Source: Chiloscyllium plagiosum (taxonomy: Eukaryota). Taken from it: a stretch of DNA of 64,000 bases. Each line of letters starts with the position of its first letter. Position 1 is the first letter of the stretch. A program made the position numbers and the translations under genes. Below, piece by piece: positions 56,100-64,000 of the stretch. The DNA is taken from the NCBI RefSeq assembly GCF_004010195.1, contig NC_057718.1, positions 57,859,375 to 57,923,374 of the forward strand, given 5' to 3'. The notes under the pieces were generated by a model. It was not told where the DNA came from. It saw only the letters and a list, made by a program, of their open reading frames with translations, and made no database searches.

Positions 56100-59000
56100 A
56101 AGACAATGACAAACCACCAGTGATAAAAAACACCAAGAAAGTGGCTCAGGACGAAGCAACAGCAGGCAGTAAGACAGCGACCTGCTTTCTAGCAGAGTAC
56201 ACTGTATGACCGAGATGTGAGATGATGTGAATATGAGGGTGAATGTGAGGAATGTCTATTTAGATGGTAATTTGGGAAACTATCTGCAGAAATAGAATTG
56301 AGTAGAACATCACTATATGTTGGTGTAAGCCATAGAGTATAGTGGAATGCTTGGAAAAACAGAGAGTGGAATTTTCTTGCTGCCTTGAGTGACGTGGGCA
56401 ATGATGAGGAAAATCAGCGAGAATGAAACAGTTCCACATGAAGAAAACGATTTCGAATTTTCCTCTCAAGGTTTAAACAATGAACATTATGCATTTGCAT
56501 GTCATTATTAGCTGATCACCTCAATTCTTGCATCATTCCTCTCTCCTTCCCCAAGAAACTAGATATGGAGGTCAGAGCAGTAGCCTGGCAGCAGTGGTTA
56601 ACCATTAACTTCTTCAGGCTTTCACCCACCTCAGATATCCTGGGAGCTGTAATGATGTGTACAAACTGGAGAACATATGGGCTCCTGCTGTTTCTAAGGT
56701 CCAGGGACCATACAAGAATGGCTGCTGGAAGACCAGGGCAACATCCTCTAAACATGGCTGCTGATACTTTTACAACATCCCTGACAGATACCGAATGAAA
56801 CTGCTTAAACTTCAACCAGGGCTTTGATAGAACAGACCATAGGCCTTCTTAAGATGAATTTTTGATGCCTGGATCACTTCAGTGGGGCCCCACAGTGTAA
56901 CCTAGAGAAGGGGGTCCAGCATCATTGTGAAATGCTGTGCTTTCACAACTGGAGCCAAATCAAAGGAGATATCCTGGCTGCAGGAGGGTACAGTAACAGT
57001 CTTCTGAAGATAAAGATGAGATTCAGGACATTAGCAGGAAGGGACATCAAGAGACAATGGTAGAGCTACACACTATTAAGAAGCTAGATGCAATAGGAGA
57101 GATGCAGCACTCTGAGCAATGCCTTGGGAAGGCAAGTGGACATGTGAACTGTCCAGTATAGACCTCCCAGCCTTGGGTGGAGTGCACTCCCTAGCTATGG
57201 ATAGAATGAACATTTGCTTCTAGGGATGTGTGGAATCATTACTGAGTCTGTGCTTTTGCTCACTAGATGGGTGTAAGTGTGGAAGAACTTTGTAGGCCAT
57301 GCCCTAGCATAATCTCTGAATAAAATAAAAACCAAAAGAACTGCGGATATAGTAAATCTGAAACCAAAACAGAAATTGTTGGAAAAGCTCAGCAGCTCTG
57401 GCAGCATCTGTTGAGAGAAATCAGAGTTAACGTTTCACGTCCCGTGACATTGCTTTTAGCCTCAGTGTTGTCTGTATTAATGTGCAACATTTTGGTTGCA
57501 ATCCTCAACATTATAGCGAGATATCTTAAACTGTCTGCACTCAAGGAATCAGTTACTTGGTAGAGATGAGCAATGCATAGCTATTACAACCTCATTGACC
57601 CTTGGGATGGCTGAAGAGGCTGTGCAAAGTTATGTACAATGCTGTGTTACAAAGCAAAGGTGACAGCATGATGGTGTGATTACTGACTGTTAATTCAGAG
57701 ACCCAGGCAATGTTCTGGAGGCCTGCATACAAATTCCAACATGACAGATGGTGAGATTTGAATTTGGAATTAAGAATCTAATGATGACCATATCAGCCAT
57801 TGTTGGTAGTCAGGAAAAGCCCATCTGGTTCACTAATGCGCTTTAGTGAAGGAAACTGCCATCCTTACCTGGCCTGGCCTACATGTGATTCCAGACCCGC
57901 AGCAATGCTGTTGACACTTAACTGTCCTCTGGGCAATTAGGGACGGGCAATAAATCCTGGCTTAGACATTGGCTTCCTCATCCTTTGAGTGAGTGAATTT
58001 TAAAAATAAACCATGCCATCTATATGCCCTAAGTAAGTTATTTTTTTCCTTTCCTTCCCGCTACACCTTAGTGCTGTCCCAACATCAGCAGCTGGCACAC
58101 AGGAAGCCTCCTCTATAGTTGGCTCTGTGGGTTTGGAAGATTTGGCCAGTTGACCCTGGCTGGACCCAGTTTGAATCAAGAGGGCCCAGGCCTGCTGAGA
58201 GTCGATATCTGTTGGCATGGACGAGATGGACCGAAGTGTGTTTTCTATGCTGTACATCTCTATGACAGTGTGGAGGGAACCAACTTGTCTGTGGAGACAG
58301 CCAGATACACGCATACTGGAACCAGTGTAGCACTGATAGCATTGGTGGACATTTCCATCCTTCAATCCAGTTCACTGACTGCTTCTGACAAGCCTGTCAA
58401 CTGCTCCTGTGCCTGTCTGCTCATCTTTGTCAAAGCCATTAATGGCGGAGACCATGGAATCTTTTTCTGCCTGGTGCTGAGCAGATCCCTCATCTCAAGC
58501 AATCCTCCAAGCACCAGAGCCCTGGGGGCATTTCTTCTTCAATCCCTTCAAGGTTAGAGCTGGTGCTGAGGGTCTTTGGTGCCGACTGATTTGAAGTGGA
58601 TCTTTGCTGAGTGCATTGTTGTCTGCATTTGAGAAGACAGAGAGCTAGTTGTGTAAGAGGATAAAAGGTCCTGAAGGTTAAGAATGAGTTAGCATTAGTA
58701 ATAATGTGAGAACAGCACAATGAAGCTCACTGGGTCAATTGCCATTAGTGGTCTTTGTGTCCTCATTTCTATCACCTTTGCTCTCTGGAACATTTCCTTT
58801 GGAATAATGATAAAGGGTCATAGAGTGAAGAGCAGTTCCTGGGTCGCAGTAACAGACATGGTATGCAGCTGGAGTTTAAATATATCACCAATAGTGTGAA
58901 CATTGCAAAGTCCCAGCACCAGTGGGCACTTACACCTCTCCTGAACATGACTCCATGAGAAGGACACCGAAAGAGGCAGTTTCATAATAATGAAGATTCC

Positions 59001-59400
59001 ATGAGAGAATTCATATAGACACAGTGGACTGGCTGCTGTGAATATCATTTTTGCAAAGAATATGAAAATTCAGTGTCGTAATCCATGCCTAAAATTGTTA
59101 CGTTGCTTGCCTTTCCCAAACTCCTGAGGTTCTTGATCATTTTACTACACTACCTCCAGGTTTAAAGGACCACACTTCCACACTTACCTCCAGCCACACG
59201 GCATCCTGCCCAGGCCTCCACTCTGTTCCTGTGATCGATGAAAGCTCAGGACTCAACGTACAGTTCAGCCAATCTTGTCCCTTTAAAGAGAAATATTCCT
59301 TTGACACAGTTGTCATATACTGGCTGCCTTCTCTGCCTGGTTGGGAAATCTGGAGATGAGATTCTAATACTTTTGGTGAATCACAGAGCAGTGTCAAAGC
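56100..59400. mobile_element. Decayed PIF/Harbinger element: transposase-like relic (+, ~56500-57300) and Myb/SANT-like relic (-, ~58300-59330), with SINE insertions
   Basis: WLTINFF segment resembles the Harbinger transposase N-terminus; minus-strand AVWLEVSVEV resembles the trihelix W.EVA..V motif; the convergent arrangement is known for this superfamily. Confidence 0.4.
57660..57995 (+). mobile_element. tRNA-derived SINE with CR1-type tail
   Basis: cccatctggttcactaatg...ccatccttacctggcctggcctacatgtgattccagaccc...gggcaataaatcctggc; paralogous to 47610-47870. Confidence 0.75.
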
Positions 59401-60349
59401 CCATTTTAATGAAAAACAGATTCCTGAACTGCTACCGGCCTCCTTTCTTCCTACGTGTCTGTTTTGATAAAATTAGACATCCCGATACTTAATTGGAGGG
59501 AATATTTGTTTATTCAGAACTGAATACTGGAGAAGGAGCCTGATATTCCACAGACAGTGAAGGCGTCAATAGAGGTGGTGCTGATTCAGAACAGAGTGCC
59601 ATTTATATACATGTGAAACCTAACTGTGTACTTTCCCAGCATTGTGATGATAAATGGGAAGGAGCCAAAAATGATAGATGAGAGAAGAAACCACTGCAAG
59701 TGAAAAGATATTTTTAAACAATCACTTCAAACACATTGTAACACACTTCTGGAGCAGTGGGACTTGAAACCAGGGCCTCCTGTCTTAGAGAGAGGGACAT
59801 TACTACCAAACCACAAGACCTCTTCATTGGAAATGATATTTTGACTATGATTACATGGAACCAAATTATTTCAACCCCACCCACTTGGATGACAATAGGG
59901 AAACATTACAATCTTAAATATATCTAATATCCAAAGTGGATTATTGCAAAACTCCTTCTGCCTCACTGATGCCTTAGGGATGCTTGCAATGCAGTGGTAA
60001 TGTACCTATTGTTCAGCCAGGAGTCCTAGGTGCAAATTCCATTACTCCACTGGTGTGGAATAACATTTATGAATAGTTGATTAGAAAACATTTACTTTAC
60101 CACACAAACCTTTCAAAACATCTTTAAATGCAAATTACTTTAACAGGGGAGGTAATGGTTTAGTTAACTCAAATGTAGAAAACCTAAATTTCTGATTTCA
60201 TCAATGCCAATAAATACAAAATATAGTGTGAGGTTTACAAGCTATTCAAAGTTTCTGCTTATTCGGGTGTTAAAGAATTAAAAGTCCTTTATTCATGTAA
60301 TTCAATCACCTGTTTGAACACAGGCTCCCGTATTAAATCAGAATCATGC

Positions 60350-60926
60350 AGTACCCAGTTTGTCCAAGATGGCGGCAGTAGAGTAGCAGTGTTTGGGCTA
60401 CTGAGCCCGGGTCTTGTCTAATTCCATCTGCTTTTCTTTTCTTTTTTCTCTTTACATTTCTGCTTTTTTTTCTCTTTAAAGTCTTCAAAGCATTGGTTGC
60501 AGCAGCATTGGTGGCAGTGTCAGCAAGAACGGGCTTTGTGCAGAATGGCAGACCAAGATGGTGGCTCAGTGTGAACTCATGGTGGTGGTGCCATTGATGG
60601 AAGTGAGGTAGAGCGAGAGATAACACCTCTTTGTTCCAGCGGTAGTGGTGGCGCAGTGAAACACGGTTGCAGAGTGTTGACAGTTTAGCAACATGGACTC
60701 GAGAATCAGGATGGAGGAGCTGAGCTAGAAGCGGGGTCTGTTCCAAAGACCACCTAACTTTCTCGAGATAAGACTACAAGATGAACTTTATTATTTTATT
60801 TTCTGGCTTTATTTTCTGTGTTTTGGTTTATGTGCTGCATTTTAAGATAGTGCCAGCACTAAACAACAGTTTTCAATGTATTTGTAATGAATACATGTGC
60901 CAAAAATAAATCAGATCAAATCAGAA
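60350..60926 (+). mobile_element. Short non-autonomous retroposon with Rex1/Babar-like 3' end
   Basis: 5' ccaagatggcggc (YY1-type motif); 3' ttttcaatgtatttgtaatgaatacatgtgccaaaaataaatcagatcaaatcaga. Confidence 0.45.
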
Positions 60927-62429
60927 TTATAATGAGTTACAGATTCTGATTTGACTCATTTTTTAGCTGTCTACTTTCTAAATTCATTGATTGCTTTTCC
61001 AAATTTTCATTCACTGAATGCAAATGTATTCTCCACCATTGGACACTGTTACACATCCATGAAAAACAAGTGAACAGCACAGTAGGCACACATTGCTACA
61101 TCTGTTTTAATCTTATATATTCCGCCTTATGTACTTCAATGATCTAACACAAGATGCCTCTCAACTGTATTAACAAGTTGTTTAAAATGTATGAGTAACA
61201 GATGTTTAGTTTGTGAAAATGTTAGAAAGCCTGAAATAAGACAAATTTTATAAGCTGTTCAATTGTTTAATTGCCATATGAACGAAACAATTTTTGGGAG
61301 GTAAAGTTCAGTTGCTATTCAAAATCAAAAATAGCTGATAACAAAGTTTCTGCAATAACTCTCAATTTTAGAGAAAACCAAAAGTGCAGTGATTTTTCTT
61401 AACTTGTAGTTTTGATTTAGCTCTTTTGATACATTTGTAAAAATAATGAAGAATACCACAAACACAAATTCCTGTGGTGTTTTGAATATTTTGGAACTCA
61501 CATTTTTCATATGAAATATATTTGTGCATAACACAGTTTGCATTCCCTTAATATATTTCTGTAGGCTTTCTTAAAGAAAATTCCTTCAATAAAATCCATA
61601 AAGAAGGATTGTCGACATTTTATTTCAATAAAATTGCAGTTCCATTTTTATATTTAATGGGCTGAAACACTTCTATCAGCAATGTCTGATTAATGGTCCT
61701 TAAAAAGGGCACATCAATTCTCAACCGTTGATTCACTCCTATGAGCAAAAAACACCCAGTAGTAAGTTTATTGACTAACTCAATGACAAATATGGTTATA
61801 ATTTTAAATATCTGTTTACTGAAATTTTGTCCATCGTGGACCGGCCTGTAATAGGCTAGGGGCCACAAAACATGCTCCTCATCCTATTGAAGGAGCATGT
61901 GCTGTAACCTGATGCTTTTTAACTATATCTACATTGTCGATTACTGGCAACAGTTATTTTAGCTGCAAACTGTAATTCATTTCTCTCCATCTGTCCTGAA
62001 GAGAGCAGGTTACATTGATGCTGATTGTGTTCTGAAGGTGCTGACTGGGCTCTTGCTCCTTGGCCTGGCTATTAGTCTTCCTAATGTGAACCTGGACAGA
62101 GAATGTCCTATGACTATTTAGGAGCAACAAATACGATCCAGCCCTCTCCTCACCCAACACTTATATGGTGAGTCACTGAATGGTGATCAACAGCAGAATG
62201 TTAACTTTTAAATCCAACTGTACCAAGCTCTACTGCAATGCACATACTGGTTGAAATCTGCTAATTTCACATGAAGCAAGATGTAGACCCATATTTTTGG
62301 ATTGCATATCAGATGTTGCACCTATCCAGGAAACTGTACCATTTTATTCCTATTAACTGGACTACTATAGAACAATCCATCTCCCTTCCTGTAATTAAGT
62401 GGTTTAATCATGTAAAATTAATTATGTGG

Positions 62430-62710
62430 GAATTGGATTAGCTCAGATGGCTGGATTTTTGGTTTGCAGAGCAATGTGATGCTAACAGTGTGAGCTGAAT
62501 TCCCATCGCTGGTTTGAGGTTACCATGAAGGACTGTCCTTCTCCACCTCTTCCCTTACTTGAGGTCTGGTGGCCCTCTGTTGACCCATTTATTGAACTTG
62601 AGAACAATCTGCCATTATCTTACCAGATCATAAGGGCTGTGTTAAATCGCAACCAGTTGCTTCTCTCTAATAAGACAGCAGCCCTTATGATCTGGTAAGA
62701 TAATGGCAGA
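62430..62710 (+). mobile_element. tRNA-derived SINE carrying an internal inverted insertion
   Basis: ggattagctcagatggctgg (A box)...gctgaattccc (B-box-like)...gaggttaccatgaagg...gttaaatcgcaaccag. Confidence 0.6.
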
Positions 62711-62740
62711 TTGTTCTCAAGTTCTATAAATGGGTCAACA
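62578..62740. repeat. Inverted repeat, 62-bp arms (62578-62639 / 62679-62740), 39-bp spacer, one mismatch
   Basis: Direct comparison gave 61/62 identical. Confidence 0.93.
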
Positions 62741-64000
62741 ACTAGAATGTTCACCTTACTTTTTCTTGTACTGTGTCTTTCTATCATTTTCTGTTTCCAT
62801 TTCAAGTTTCTAGCAATTGTGTTTTCTTTCCGGAATACAATCCTTGCAGAGCTTCTGGTCATTTTTTCCCTATGATAGTCTTTTTTAAAATGCAGTTTTG
62901 GAGATGATACAGGATAAAATAAAGTTTTCCTGCTGAGTTTTCAGATTTTTAAGAGCCTTTTTGACTCACAAGGAGTTTAAAAAACCAATTGTTGGAAAAA
63001 AATATATCCACTGCCTTATGCAATGAGAATCTTGTATATGTCTTTTGGATGTGTCAATTGCTTGAGGGGAGATTTAAACAATATTCAAGTAACCACACAC
63101 TGAGTGACTTGTCCAATTCAGTGTACCACTTGAAGTCACTTTTGAATGTAGCTGACAGACATTAAATCCTGAGAGTCCTGCAACATTTTCAGAGATATTT
63201 AATAAACTGGATTAATTTGATATTTAAAGTTGAGTTCTGGTAGAGTTGGATTTCGTCTGCTGAAAACCATTGTGAATATAGCTTAATCCATTCAGTAACT
63301 GTGGTTTAAAAAAATGAGGGGGAGAAAAGAGTGCCACATATAAAATGTCACCTGCAATATAAAACATAAATTGCCACTATTTATTGTTGTTTTATGGAGA
63401 TCTAGTTTATACAATATCCATAACAAATAAGCATATATATTGTAGCTTGTGTGATTTGAGTGAGGCATTTATGAAGAGATGGAATTGAAAGAAATATGTA
63501 ACTCTGGTGTCAAATCAATCATCTTCTATACTTTACATTGTCTGCTCGCTGAGGAGGGATGCAGCTATTTAGAGAAGGGCTAAACAAACTAGATGAGTTA
63601 TAACAGATTATGGATAGAATGCACACCTTCTAAGAAAAAAAGTAGTAAGATTTGAGTTATTTTGAGCTTTACACCAAATTTTGCAAACATCACATTCAGG
63701 TACTTGTGTGGAGTATCTCAGACTATGGCGTCTGCAAATACACAGCTCTTGAGGCTGTTTGATTTTTATCACCTAGTAAGGCTCTTTAACTCCTGATGTA
63801 CTATAACATTTCTTTATTACTTTCACTATATAATAGGTTCTCAAATACAGCTCTCCAGTGTAGTGACTACATCCCTCTTCACATGATCATTTGAGACTGG
63901 TGTCTTTTCTCTTACTGATAGTCTATTTACAAGAATCTGATTATATTAGCAAGTTGCAAATTTTTTTTACCAGGGTTTGTGATTGCAACAGTGTTCAAGC

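Overview
Vertebrate nuclear DNA dominated by decayed transposable elements. The repeat set (CR1 LINEs, HE1-like and Deu-type tRNA-SINEs, Penelope-like elements, Gypsy LTR elements, L2, Harbinger relics) suggests a cartilaginous fish, probably a carpet or bamboo shark (inference). I found no intact protein-coding gene. The main discovery is a near full-length, intronless, highly divergent and now disabled GREB1/GREB1L-family gene on the + strand (~14118-22880), which the ORF track misses. By hand translation it matches GREB1 collinearly from the MG start, through the permuted SF2-helicase-like region, to the C-terminal TAGT (base-J-glucosyltransferase-related) domain. It is split by three TE-insertion blocks, lacks GREB1's low-complexity linkers and may have spliced 5' UTR exons. 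Other items: many Penelope-associated minimal hammerhead ribozyme motifs (one is an 84-bp insertion with a 15-bp TSD), two near-perfect inverted duplications (221 bp and 62 bp arms), a rearranged two-LTR Gypsy element, a tRNA-Trp pseudogene and candidate conserved enhancers. All protein comparisons were made by eye against sequences recalled from memory. No database search was run, and TE boundaries are approximate.
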